A DNA stretch of 64,000 nucleotides from Bacteroidaceae bacterium (GTDB taxonomy: Bacteria; Bacteroidota; Bacteroidia; Bacteroidales; Bacteroidaceae). The notes beneath the pieces are model-generated. The model saw nothing but the letters and a program-made list of their open reading frames with translations. It was not told the origin of the DNA and made no database searches. This document shows, piece after piece, positions 18,850 through 28,438 of the stretch (positions are counted from its first letter, which is position 1; each line of letters starts with the position of its first letter). The translations under genes and the position numbers were made by a program. The stretch covers positions 25,154 through 89,153 of the forward strand of contig JAVVVP010000002.1 of the NCBI GenBank assembly GCA_036652575.1, written 5' to 3'.

Positions 18850-20181
18850 ATGGTGAAAAATATGAGAAATATACTTGGTTTGATACTCTTATCCTTTGTG
18901 TGTCAGTCTGTAAACGCACAAAAATCATTGCATAACTCTAAAAGTAAGGTGATCATAAACATTCTTAAGCAATACTCTGATTCCTTGTCTACTTTAATGC
19001 AAAAATATAATAAATGGGAATATGCAAAGGATGATACGTTGAGTAATCCTTATTATTTTCGTTTGTTCTTTCGCCCAACGTTTTATTCTAGTCCTGTGAA
19101 AAACAAGATGCAGGCAGAATGGAAACCTGAAGAAATGGTGAAATGGAAAGCGGCTATGCTTGGTATCGTTGATGAAGGGACATATAAACAAGAGGATTAT
19201 ATGGATGATATCTTGACTGATTTATATACTCAAAATCCTCAATATGTAAGTGGTACAGAAAGTGATTTACAAAAAAATGATGGGCTACGAAGTGATTTAG
19301 ATAAGGACATTCATCATGAAGTAAAATTTGCAGAAAAGGTAGAAACTCCTTATTCTGATATTCTGCCAGGTGATTTTAGTATCGTTGTACACAAACCTAA
19401 TTTTTGGACTTTCTCTGGCAACTTCTCTTTGCAGTTTACGCAAAACTATATTTCCGATAATTGGTATAAAGGAGGGGAAAGTAATAATTCGTTGCTAACC
19501 GCATGCGTACTTCGGGCGAATTATAACAACAAACAAAAAATCAGATTTGAGAACACATTAGAAATGAAGCTCGGCTTTCAATCGTCTCGCAATGATGATT
19601 TGCATAAGTATAAAACGTATAGTGATCAGCTTCGTTTAACGAATAAACTAGGTCTACAAGCTTCCAAACATTGGTATTATACGGTTCTGTTACAGAGCTG
19701 GACCCAGTTCCATCCAGGATATAGAAATAACGATAAGAAGGTATATTCTGACTTTATGTCGCCTTTTGAAAGTGTATTTTCTGTTGGTATGGATTATCGG
19801 TTGGGTATAAAGAATTTTTCATTATCGGCAAATATAGCACCTCTTGCTTATGATTTAAAATATGTAGATAGAGATGCTTTAACTTCTGCGTATAATGTTT
19901 ATAATAAGAGCCATATTAAAGCTGCTTTTGGTTCGAATGTTACGGTGAATTATAGCTGGAAGATTATTAATAATGTATCGTGGTATGGTCGTATTTATTA
20001 TTTTTCAAATTATAAATATTCTATGATAGAGTGGGAGAATACCTTTGACCTCATGATAAACAAATATTTGAGTACGAAGATTTTTTTGTTTCCTCGCTTT
20101 GACGATAATGGGAAAAAGGGTGATGATGGCTACTTGCAGTTTAAGGAATGGCTTTCGTTGGGATTGAACCTTTCTTTTTAG
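18850..20181 (+). CDS. Putative outer-membrane beta-barrel protein (DUF3078-like)
   Basis: 443 aa with a signal peptide. Alternating beta-strand pattern, an NWYKGGESN motif and a C-terminal aromatic residue (LNLSF). The DUF assignment is from memory. Confidence 0.5.
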   Translation: MVKNMRNILGLILLSFVCQSVNAQKSLHNSKSKVIINILKQYSDSLSTLMQKYNKWEYAKDDTLSNPYYFRLFFRPTFYSSPVKNKMQAEWKPEEMVKWKAAMLGIVDEGTYKQEDYMDDILTDLYTQNPQYVSGTESDLQKNDGLRSDLDKDIHHEVKFAEKVETPYSDILPGDFSIVVHKPNFWTFSGNFSLQFTQNYISDNWYKGGESNNSLLTACVLRANYNNKQKIRFENTLEMKLGFQSSRNDDLHKYKTYSDQLRLTNKLGLQASKHWYYTVLLQSWTQFHPGYRNNDKKVYSDFMSPFESVFSVGMDYRLGIKNFSLSANIAPLAYDLKYVDRDALTSAYNVYNKSHIKAAFGSNVTVNYSWKIINNVSWYGRIYYFSNYKYSMIEWENTFDLMINKYLSTKIFLFPRFDDNGKKGDDGYLQFKEWLSLGLNLSF

Positions 20182-23100
20182 AACGTCCAAATAAGTTCTT
20201 GAAGGAGCTAAAATCTCGTTTAAAGATAATTCCGCCACCTTGAGTTGTTAATGATGATTTTGTAAAGTAGCGATCGTTCGTTTCACTATAAGCTTTGAGA
20301 CTAATGTTACCAGATTTGTTTAGTAAATATTGGATGTTGAAATCTCCTATGAAGTTTCCTGCATACTCTGGTTTATCGCGATAACCAAAATTCCCATTTA
20401 TAAGCAAGCGATTGTTCAACAAACGGCCCGATAATAAACCTTTAATTTCCATATCATTCCAACCTGTATTACCTGTTGCAAGGTCTGTTCCAAAACTCCA
20501 ATTACTACTGCCTATGGCATTGGATAACATCGAATTTATTTGCCCACTCAGGGTGCTTGAAAGTAAGGAACGCATTGCTACAGCCGATTGACTTTGATTG
20601 GTGCTGTAGTTTGTTGCATTATAATTGTAGGTATAGAAACGCCCAACACTAAGCAAGTAAATAACTTGCATATTGATATCTTCTTCTGATTTGATAAGCT
20701 GATGAATCATTTGTTTTTCATCATCATTAACGGTAGGAAGATCTAAGTCGAAGTTAACGTTCGGCGCACCCGCTGTTCCTGAAAAGTTAAGTAAGCAGTC
20801 TACTTTTACAGAATTATTAGAGAAGTTGGTGCCTATGTTTAAGTCGTTTAAATTTGCCGAATTCACGGTATATGCGGCTTGTAGGTTTAAGTTTCCTTTG
20901 AAGGGGTCGCCACCAAATATAATTGTGCCCCCTTGCTTGAATTTAAAATCCTTGTAGATGACATCTTGAATGGTCATCTTGTATAAGCCTTGGTCGATGC
21001 GATACGTACCATACAGTTGGAATTTTCCTTTGTTATAAAAGTTTGCACGTAAATTCCCATATCCATTCAAACTTATGTAGTCTCCAGATTTTTCGTCCAT
21101 TATAACTTTGAGCGTAGCATTTGGGTTGGCATCTATAATAAAGTTGAGATACATATCGCTATTCTCTTCTTCTTTGTTATTCTCGTGTTCTTTGGTATGT
21201 GTTGATGTAGACTTTATGATAGAATTGCTCTGCTCTTCCGCTGGCGTTTTATCTATAAAGGTAATAAATTTTGTGTCATTTATTTCGGATGGCTTTGCTG
21301 CATTATATACAAACACTGTCTTTTCATTTGGCATTATATAAATGTCTGCATTTATTTGTTTCGGACCTCCCCAAAGGTGAACGTCTCCTGTTGCAAAAAT
21401 AGTTCCGTAGAAAGATTGTTGGCTGCTTTTGTCTACATTATAACCCATTAGGTTGTTCGTCTTTATTTTGAAATCGTATTTCATATTGCGAATAAAGTCG
21501 TGCGTTACGTATCCTGTCAGGATGCCTGTACCACCAAATGAATCAGATAGCTTAATCTGATCCATTTTGATAATTCCTGGTTCAAGTAGAATGGAATCGT
21601 TCTGTAAGTGGTAAGTAGTTCCTAAAGCTTTCACTTCTGCACTTACGTTGGCGAGTTGCTTTCCTTCTAATTGTAATTTATCAAATGTGCCCGATAATCG
21701 AAAGGTTCCCGATGTTCGCCCATTTATATTTTTCATTATATCTCCCAGAAATTTATTAAGAAAGCCTACAGGTGTATTTTGTGAGGTGAAGCGAAGGTCT
21801 AAACCATCTCTTTCTGGAGATACATATCCTTTTATTTCTGTATGAGCTACATTCGGCTCTGTAATGGACGCGTTGATGTCAATTTGTTTTTCGGTGTTAT
21901 TCCAACGCCCATTTGCGTTCAGTGTTCCCATCGCTGCTCCGTTTAACCTGAAATTCTTTACACTTATTTGTGTCATTGCTTTCGGTGTGCCACCTGTTTT
22001 GTTCATATATACATATCCGGAAGCTAAACCCGCGAAGTCTACCGCGTGGAAGTTTAAGAGGTCAAAAACGTATTCTAGGTTAACATCCTTAAGTTCTGCT
22101 ATTAAGGAGTCGCCAGAGGTCTTAGAAAGTGAGCCATCAAGTGCTAGGAATTGTTCCTTATGACCTATTTTGAAATGATGAATATGCAATTCGTTGTTAT
22201 TGAGTTGTACAGAGGATGGGCGAACGGTCCAAACGGAGTCGTGTATTGTAATGAAAGATGGTGCTATTTCGGTATTAATTGTGACTTCTTTCTTTTCATT
22301 GTAGCGAATTGTAGATGTAGCGCGTAGAGCTCCTTTATAGACCGATTTACCGTCTGTATCCCATTCTAAGTCTGTATAGAGGTTCTCGCCTTGTGCTTTT
22401 GCTTCAAGAACCATCTGTAAATTAGAATGTTTCATCTGTTTCGTTAACTGAGTAAGAGTTCTTATTTGCCCTTGTGCGGCAGAGCAATAGAGTTTGATAT
22501 TTGAATAGTTGCTACCATCGTAGGTTGCTTGGGGTACGCCAACGGATACATGAAGTGTTTCTTCTTTCTCATTTAAATGTCCTAATATTGATGTTTGCTG
22601 GCTTATTTTTATAGGTTGCTGTAATAGCTGTTCTATGAAATCGCTTTTGTGTATTTGCAATTCAAAGTTGAAATCGTTGTTACTTCTTTGGGCGTGTGTG
22701 TCCGCATTGATAGAAGGAAAGTTTTTACTTGCAATGTGTCGAATACTTTGTTCTAAAGTTGTAAAATCTATATGACCATATAATAAACCTGATGCAAAAT
22801 CACTATTTAGTTTTATATAACGTTTCCCTTTTACTTCTTGAGAACTTAAGATCAGGCTATCTAGTTTATAATGTTCTGTTTCGTTACTCATACAAAAGTT
22901 TTTTATTGCAATTTTCCCACTTAAGTTGCTGAGGTCTTTACCTGATAAGTTTGCGCACCAAGAGACACTAAAATTAGTTTTACCATACTTCTTTGTAAGG
23001 TAAAGTGCTTGTGGCGAGAGTCTGTCGATCTTGCCATTTAGTTTATAAAAGAACGTGCTATTTCCAATGTTTGTTGTTATTTCGGTAAAACCTTTAAGAT

Positions 23101-24607
23101 TGGCATCATTTAGGTTTACACTACTTTTTAAAAGACCGTTGGTTAAAGCACAGCTTATCAGAAGGTCTTTATACTTGTAATGATTCAACTCAATACTTTT
23201 AATTTTCGCATCGCAGGTTGCAGTCATTTTTTTAATGGCAGAGAGTACACCTTTACAGTTTAGTTCTAAAGAAACAGAACCTATCTGATCTTCTTTAGAA
23301 AGTAATGTGCCTAGTTTTATTTCCGCCTTTCGTATTTTTGCTTCAAAGCGTTTGTCTTTATAGAGTGAAAGATGTGCAAGAAGACTACCTGCGCCAGTTT
23401 TAATAGAACCGTTGATTTCTAATTTCTGATGAAAGAAAACAACTTTACCTATGTATTCCACATTCCCCAGTTTATTAAGTATGGTTGGGACATCCTTATC
23501 CTCCTTATGAGGGAGTATGCTTTTATATAAATATTTTATTCCATTCCCTGTGATAGATATCTTTGAAAAGTAAGTTTTAATTTGTATATCTCTTTTATCC
23601 AGTATATTATATATATTTATGCGACCTTTAATATCTATATTTTTACTGTGGCTTTTGAGGATGAAGTTGGCTAACGTTAAGTCCTTATAGGCGAAGTGTA
23701 CTTTTGTAGAGAAGTCTATTTTCTCCTCTATTTCCTTCAATTCTGGTATAAGCCATGCAAAGTCTGATGGTGAAAGTTGAACATGGTGAAGGCTTGTTTG
23801 TAGACTCTTTATGTCGCGTTTTTCTCCCTTTTCGTTAAATGTGCAATTTATTACAGGGATATCTATATTCGTGTTCGGTAGTTTACAGTTGAAATTACTT
23901 ATTTTACACACTTGACTATTAGCCACCACCTTGAAGGATAGATTTTGAAGGTTTAGTCCGCAAGCTTCTGTTGCAGAGATAGAGCGAACGCGTAAGTTTA
24001 TGGAATCGGAAGTGAGTTTTTGCAAACGCAGATTTACGTTTACTTTGCTAAAGTTGAGATGTGAGGTGTTTAGTTTGCCAATAGTTGTAGGGTTAGATAG
24101 AATGTTATACTGTATGGTTGCTCGTCTTACAATTAAAGAGTTTATATTAAGGTCGAGAGATGATGCTTCTTTCTTGCTGTCGCTTTTTAGAGCGTTGAGA
24201 ATAAACTGATAGTTGGCTATTGCTTTCGGGTCTTTCTTATATAAATTTGCGTATAGATTCACTAGTTCAACGTTGCGTATGGAAATAACACCTTTAAGTA
24301 AAGGTAGATACTCGATTTTGACAGAAATACGCTTTGCCTTTAAAAGCTCTTTATGTGTTTGATCTTCTATCGAAACACCATTAAGAATGATACGATTAAA
24401 CATACCTAAACTAATATCTTCAATGCTTACTTTTGTAGATAGAACGTTGCCTACTTCTTTTGCTATGAAATTGGCAAAAGAAACATTGACTGCTGGTATT
24501 TTAAACAGCAGAACAGATAATAAGTAGACACTTATTAAAATGCCTACAAACCAACGTACTATTTTCCCTAAAGTTTTTATATATGTATTCCTATTTATGG
24601 GTAGCAA
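20141..24607 (-). CDS. TamB-like translocation and assembly module protein (AsmA-like/DUF490)
   Basis: 1488 aa with a single N-terminal TM anchor, a very long beta-rich body and a C-terminal DUF490-like region. The inferred start codon is TTG. Confidence 0.72.
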   Translation of the reverse strand: MLPINRNTYIKTLGKIVRWFVGILISVYLLSVLLFKIPAVNVSFANFIAKEVGNVLSTKVSIEDISLGMFNRIILNGVSIEDQTHKELLKAKRISVKIEYLPLLKGVISIRNVELVNLYANLYKKDPKAIANYQFILNALKSDSKKEASSLDLNINSLIVRRATIQYNILSNPTTIGKLNTSHLNFSKVNVNLRLQKLTSDSINLRVRSISATEACGLNLQNLSFKVVANSQVCKISNFNCKLPNTNIDIPVINCTFNEKGEKRDIKSLQTSLHHVQLSPSDFAWLIPELKEIEEKIDFSTKVHFAYKDLTLANFILKSHSKNIDIKGRINIYNILDKRDIQIKTYFSKISITGNGIKYLYKSILPHKEDKDVPTILNKLGNVEYIGKVVFFHQKLEINGSIKTGAGSLLAHLSLYKDKRFEAKIRKAEIKLGTLLSKEDQIGSVSLELNCKGVLSAIKKMTATCDAKIKSIELNHYKYKDLLISCALTNGLLKSSVNLNDANLKGFTEITTNIGNSTFFYKLNGKIDRLSPQALYLTKKYGKTNFSVSWCANLSGKDLSNLSGKIAIKNFCMSNETEHYKLDSLILSSQEVKGKRYIKLNSDFASGLLYGHIDFTTLEQSIRHIASKNFPSINADTHAQRSNNDFNFELQIHKSDFIEQLLQQPIKISQQTSILGHLNEKEETLHVSVGVPQATYDGSNYSNIKLYCSAAQGQIRTLTQLTKQMKHSNLQMVLEAKAQGENLYTDLEWDTDGKSVYKGALRATSTIRYNEKKEVTINTEIAPSFITIHDSVWTVRPSSVQLNNNELHIHHFKIGHKEQFLALDGSLSKTSGDSLIAELKDVNLEYVFDLLNFHAVDFAGLASGYVYMNKTGGTPKAMTQISVKNFRLNGAAMGTLNANGRWNNTEKQIDINASITEPNVAHTEIKGYVSPERDGLDLRFTSQNTPVGFLNKFLGDIMKNINGRTSGTFRLSGTFDKLQLEGKQLANVSAEVKALGTTYHLQNDSILLEPGIIKMDQIKLSDSFGGTGILTGYVTHDFIRNMKYDFKIKTNNLMGYNVDKSSQQSFYGTIFATGDVHLWGGPKQINADIYIMPNEKTVFVYNAAKPSEINDTKFITFIDKTPAEEQSNSIIKSTSTHTKEHENNKEEENSDMYLNFIIDANPNATLKVIMDEKSGDYISLNGYGNLRANFYNKGKFQLYGTYRIDQGLYKMTIQDVIYKDFKFKQGGTIIFGGDPFKGNLNLQAAYTVNSANLNDLNIGTNFSNNSVKVDCLLNFSGTAGAPNVNFDLDLPTVNDDEKQMIHQLIKSEEDINMQVIYLLSVGRFYTYNYNATNYSTNQSQSAVAMRSLLSSTLSGQINSMLSNAIGSSNWSFGTDLATGNTGWNDMEIKGLLSGRLLNNRLLINGNFGYRDKPEYAGNFIGDFNIQYLLNKSGNISLKAYSETNDRYFTKSSLTTQGGGIIFKRDFSSFKNLFGRSKKKGSIPTKAIP

Positions 24608-24697
24608 AGTTACAACAAACTTTTTATTAAAGAATAGTTCAGAGTGGAAGTTTCTGCTTTTTTAGCTACTGTTTTTCCATAGAGTTGAGTTACAGGC

Positions 24698-24769
24698 AAA
24701 AAAAGCAGCGCGCTCGATTTTAAAATCGAGCGCGCTGCTTTTCTGAATCGAGCGTGCTCGATTCTTTTT
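24698..24769 (+). repeat. Tri-modular palindromic intergenic repeat, copy 2
   Basis: A perfect 42-bp palindrome spans 24701-24742 (AAAAGCAGCGCGCTCGATTTT | AAAATCGAGCGCGCTGCTTTT). A second palindrome, GAATCGAGC-GT-GCTCGATTC, spans 24745-24764. On the minus strand it is followed by a T7 run, 55 nt after the aspS stop. Confidence 0.9.
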
Positions 24770-24824
24770 ACTTTATGATGAGATGGTGTGACACGCTAAT
24801 ATAGATTGAAATATCTCAGTTGTA

Positions 24825-26585
24825 TTATGCTTTCAAATCAATCTTTAAACTAAGCTCTTCTAGTTGTGCGGGATCTACCGTAGAGGGTGCGTCACACATA
24901 ACATCACGTCCTGAGTTGTTTTTGGGGAAGGCGATACAATCGCGTATACTATCAAGCCCTGCAAAAAGAGAAACCCAACGGTCTAGCCCATATGCTAATC
25001 CACCATGAGGAGGAGCTCCATACTTAAAGGCATTTGTCAAGAAACCGAACTGCTGTTCTGCCCGTTCTTTGGTGAAACCAAGTATGCTAAATATTTTACT
25101 TTGAAGTTCTTGATTATGAATACGGATACTACCTCCACCCACTTCTACACCATTGCATACCATATCGTAAGCATTTGCACGTACTTTTGCTGGAGCAGTA
25201 TCTAATAATTCTATATCTTCGGGCTTAGGAGAGGTGAAAGGATGATGCATGGCAAGCAATCTGTTTTCTTCGTCACTCCATTCAAACATAGGGAAGTCTA
25301 TTACCCAAAGTAATGAAAATTTATTTTTATTGCGAAGTCCTAGACGCGTACCCATTTCTAAACGAAGCTCGCATAGTTGCTTACGTGTTTTCATCGCATT
25401 TTCGCCACTAAGTATGAGTATCAAGTCACCAGCTGTTGCATTCATTTTCTCTTTCAATGAGTTCAGAACTTCTGGCGAATAAAATTTATCCACAGAACTT
25501 TTTACGATGCCATCGTTTTGAACACGAGCATAAACTAAACCTTTTGCTCCTATCTGTGGGCTCTTTATAAAGTCTGTTAGTTGATCAAGTTGTTTGCGAG
25601 TATAATCAGCACATCCTGTTGCACAAATAGCACCAATGTATTCGGCATCATTAAATACGGTAAAATCACCCGTACCTTTCAATACATCCATAAGTTCTAC
25701 AAATTCCATTTCAAAGCGCATATCTGGCTTGTCTGATCCGAAGCGGCACATGGCATCTTGCCAAGAGAGGCGTAGAAACGGTTCTGTCAACTCGTAGTTG
25801 CTAATTTCTTTGAACAAGTATTTTGCCATACCTTCAAAGAGGGTAATAATATCTTCTTGTTCTACAAAACTCATTTCGCAGTCAATCTGTGTAAATTCAG
25901 GTTGGCGGTCAGCTCTTAAATCTTCATCGCGAAAACATTTGGCAATTTGAAAATAGCGATCCATACCTGCAACCATTAAGAGTTGCTTAAATAATTGAGG
26001 GCTTTGTGGTAATGCGTAAAAACTTCCTGGGTTCATTCTTGATGGTACAATAAAGTCGCGTGCGCCTTCTGGCGTTGAACCAATAAGAATCGGTGTTTCT
26101 ATTTCTAAAAAGCCTTTACTATCTAAATAACGGCGTACTTCAAAGCAGACTTTATGGCGTAGTTCTATATTGCTACGAACATTATTACGTCGAAGATCTA
26201 AATAGCGATATTTCATACGAATATCATCTCCTCCGTCTGTATTGTCTTCTATTGTAAACGGAGGTACATCTGACTTATTGAGAATGCAAAGTTCAGACAC
26301 GATAATTTCAATGGCTCCTGTAGGTATTTTGTCGTTTGGACTAAATCTTTTTTTTACAGTTCCTGTTACTTGTATCACGAATTCTCTTCCGAGTTTGTTG
26401 GCTTGTTCGCAAAGGTTTGCGTTCGTTTCTTCGTTAAAAACTAGCTGAGTGATACCATAGCGATCTCTTAAATCGACAAAAGTCATACCACCCATTTTTC
26501 TAGTGCGTTGCACCCAGCCTGATAATACGACGTCCTGTCCTTCGTTGGTAAGGCTAAGCTCACCACAAGTTTTAGTTCTATACAT
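24825..26585 (-). CDS. aspS: Aspartate--tRNA ligase
   Basis: 586 aa. Class II motifs [18 protein letters not shown] and GGGSIRIH are present, plus an N-terminal OB fold and the bacterial insertion domain. Confidence 0.97.
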   Translation of the reverse strand: MYRTKTCGELSLTNEGQDVVLSGWVQRTRKMGGMTFVDLRDRYGITQLVFNEETNANLCEQANKLGREFVIQVTGTVKKRFSPNDKIPTGAIEIIVSELCILNKSDVPPFTIEDNTDGGDDIRMKYRYLDLRRNNVRSNIELRHKVCFEVRRYLDSKGFLEIETPILIGSTPEGARDFIVPSRMNPGSFYALPQSPQLFKQLLMVAGMDRYFQIAKCFRDEDLRADRQPEFTQIDCEMSFVEQEDIITLFEGMAKYLFKEISNYELTEPFLRLSWQDAMCRFGSDKPDMRFEMEFVELMDVLKGTGDFTVFNDAEYIGAICATGCADYTRKQLDQLTDFIKSPQIGAKGLVYARVQNDGIVKSSVDKFYSPEVLNSLKEKMNATAGDLILILSGENAMKTRKQLCELRLEMGTRLGLRNKNKFSLLWVIDFPMFEWSDEENRLLAMHHPFTSPKPEDIELLDTAPAKVRANAYDMVCNGVEVGGGSIRIHNQELQSKIFSILGFTKERAEQQFGFLTNAFKYGAPPHGGLAYGLDRWVSLFAGLDSIRDCIAFPKNNSGRDVMCDAPSTVDPAQLEELSLKIDLKA

Positions 26586-26716
26586 TATTTCATAATTAGT
26601 TTATCTTTACTTCATTATTATCAAAGTAAAAGAATCGATAAAACGAAGCAAAAATACAATAAATCTGCTTCCTGACAAAGGCTTATCCTTTCTTTTTAAA
26701 TAGAAATGAAAGGAAT

Positions 26717-27214
26717 CTAAGATTCTTCTTGTTTTGCGTGTAAAATAAGAGTTGTAGCTCCAATCGTTATAATAGATTCATTTTCTATTACACGGCGTTC
26801 TCCCACCCCAAGAACATCGTTCATGTAGAAGGTCCCTGTATTACTCGGAGCATCACGTAGTGTGTATTTTAGAGGTCCTTGTTTGGTGGCACGAACATTG
26901 ATTATGCAGTGCGTTGTATCTATGCTGGGATCAATCGTGTCTATTGGCATATTTGCGTTTGTTCCTTGTACGCGTCGCCCGATAACGTTATCACCTTCTT
27001 TTAATGGAATTTCTTGACGGAAATGGAATATATTTTCTACCACAACGAGGTAGCCAAACTTGTTTTCAGGAGCAACGTCCTCTTTTCCTTTGATACGTAT
27101 TTTAAATTGTTTGCGACAATTTGTACATTCAAATACAAGCATCTGCCCACATTCGTATGATGAGTCGTCAAATGTTATGTAATTCTCACATTTAGGACAG
27201 CGTACTTTTTTCAT
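26717..27214 (-). CDS. Zinc-ribbon plus FHA domain protein
   Basis: 165 aa. The N-terminus has CPKC...CTNC (four-Cys ribbon). The C-terminal FHA-like core is NVIGRR...THCII...LRDAPSNTGTFYMND. Confidence 0.72.
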   Translation of the reverse strand: MKKVRCPKCENYITFDDSSYECGQMLVFECTNCRKQFKIRIKGKEDVAPENKFGYLVVVENIFHFRQEIPLKEGDNVIGRRVQGTNANMPIDTIDPSIDTTHCIINVRATKQGPLKYTLRDAPSNTGTFYMNDVLGVGERRVIENESIITIGATTLILHAKQEES

Positions 27215-27241
27215 TTTTTGATTGTGGTATTAAGAAAAGGG

Positions 27242-28333
27242 CTATTTAATCGACATAACCCAAGCTTCGCTAAAAGATTCGTTCTCACGTATTTTTGTAA
27301 GTGTCTTATATGCTTCTTTTTCGCTGTTGTATTGTGAACATAAAACGCGTGTCATTTTACCTTTTTGATAGACACGAGCATTTGAAAATCCTTGTTTGTG
27401 AAGTTCTTTGACGAATTTAGTTGCGTTTTTAATGGTAACGGCACTTGCTACTACGATTGCATATTCTAGTGCGTCTTCAGACGTTTGGACGGTAGCTGGC
27501 TTTTCTGTTTTTATGTCCTTTTCTACAACTGTAGATAATAGAGCCTCTTTTTTCGCGTTCTTTTGGAGTGATAAATGGTCTATTGAGTCAATCACTATTT
27601 TATTCGTTAGGGCTCTATGGGTGACTTTCTCATTTTGGAGCAAAGTTGATAATCCGATTAAAAGTCCATCAGACGTGGCATTTTTAGATGCACTAAAGTT
27701 GTTTGCATTTTCCACTGGTATGGAAAACATAAAGTAGATCATGATTGCAGCCGCAATTGTAACCGCATAGTTCGCGATGGTTCTATTTACATTGATTGTG
27801 TAATGTTTCTGTTCTTTCTGGATTTGAAGAATGGAGGATGGCGGTTCTTCTTCTTTTGTGGAAAGATTTTCTTTGATGATCGTTTCTGCAATAGAGGCTT
27901 GTTTGCGTAGCTCTGATGCGGATTTCATCTGAAATGAAGTCAGTCCATAAAGAGTGGGAGTGAGGACTCCTGATTCAAACGGTGTAAAGGTATAAATGCC
28001 ACTTAGTGTTAGAGAGAGAGACCCGATACCTTCAAATTCGCAACTACATTTTTTATGAAGCTCTGCCATGATGTGGTCAACTTTTTGCTCTATCATTTCA
28101 ATCGCTTCAGGATAGCTCGTGTCATAGGTCTGCATAAAGGATTGTACGAGTAAACCATCGTTTAATGTCAACTGTGGATTAAAACCAACCGTGCGATAAG
28201 GTGGAAAAAAAGAGCTCTCTTCCTTTATATAATAAGACTCTACATACTGTGATACAAAACCACCCAGACCTGGTATGATTACGCAGTCGTGGTTCAAAAG
28301 TAATGCTTCAATATGTTTTGTCAATTCATTCAT
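27242..28333 (-). CDS. HU-like (HU-CCDC81 type) N-domain / TM / C-terminal SPOR domain protein
   Basis: 363 aa. The N-terminus is LLLNHDCVIIPGLGGFVSQY..., there is a central TM helix (YAVTIAAAIMIYFMF), and the C-terminus shows a SPOR-like pattern (YAIVVASAVTIKNATKFVKELHKQGFSNARVY...). Confidence 0.65.
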   Translation of the reverse strand: MNELTKHIEALLLNHDCVIIPGLGGFVSQYVESYYIKEESSFFPPYRTVGFNPQLTLNDGLLVQSFMQTYDTSYPEAIEMIEQKVDHIMAELHKKCSCEFEGIGSLSLTLSGIYTFTPFESGVLTPTLYGLTSFQMKSASELRKQASIAETIIKENLSTKEEEPPSSILQIQKEQKHYTINVNRTIANYAVTIAAAIMIYFMFSIPVENANNFSASKNATSDGLLIGLSTLLQNEKVTHRALTNKIVIDSIDHLSLQKNAKKEALLSTVVEKDIKTEKPATVQTSEDALEYAIVVASAVTIKNATKFVKELHKQGFSNARVYQKGKMTRVLCSQYNSEKEAYKTLTKIRENESFSEAWVMSIK

Positions 28334-28337
28334 AGTG

Positions 28338-28345
28338 CAAAAGTA
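28338..28345 (-). promoter_or_regulatory. -7 box (TACTTTTG on minus strand) 4 nt before the HU/SPOR ATG
   Basis: Plus-strand CAAAAGTA. The spacing implies a leaderless or near-leaderless mRNA. Confidence 0.45.
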
Positions 28346-28438
28346 TCTATTTTTTTTAGATAAATAGAGTTGTATCCGAGGAAAAATAAAAAGTATTTTT
28401 GTTCTTTTTTCTTGTTTCAGAGGTCAAGACCTTTGGCT

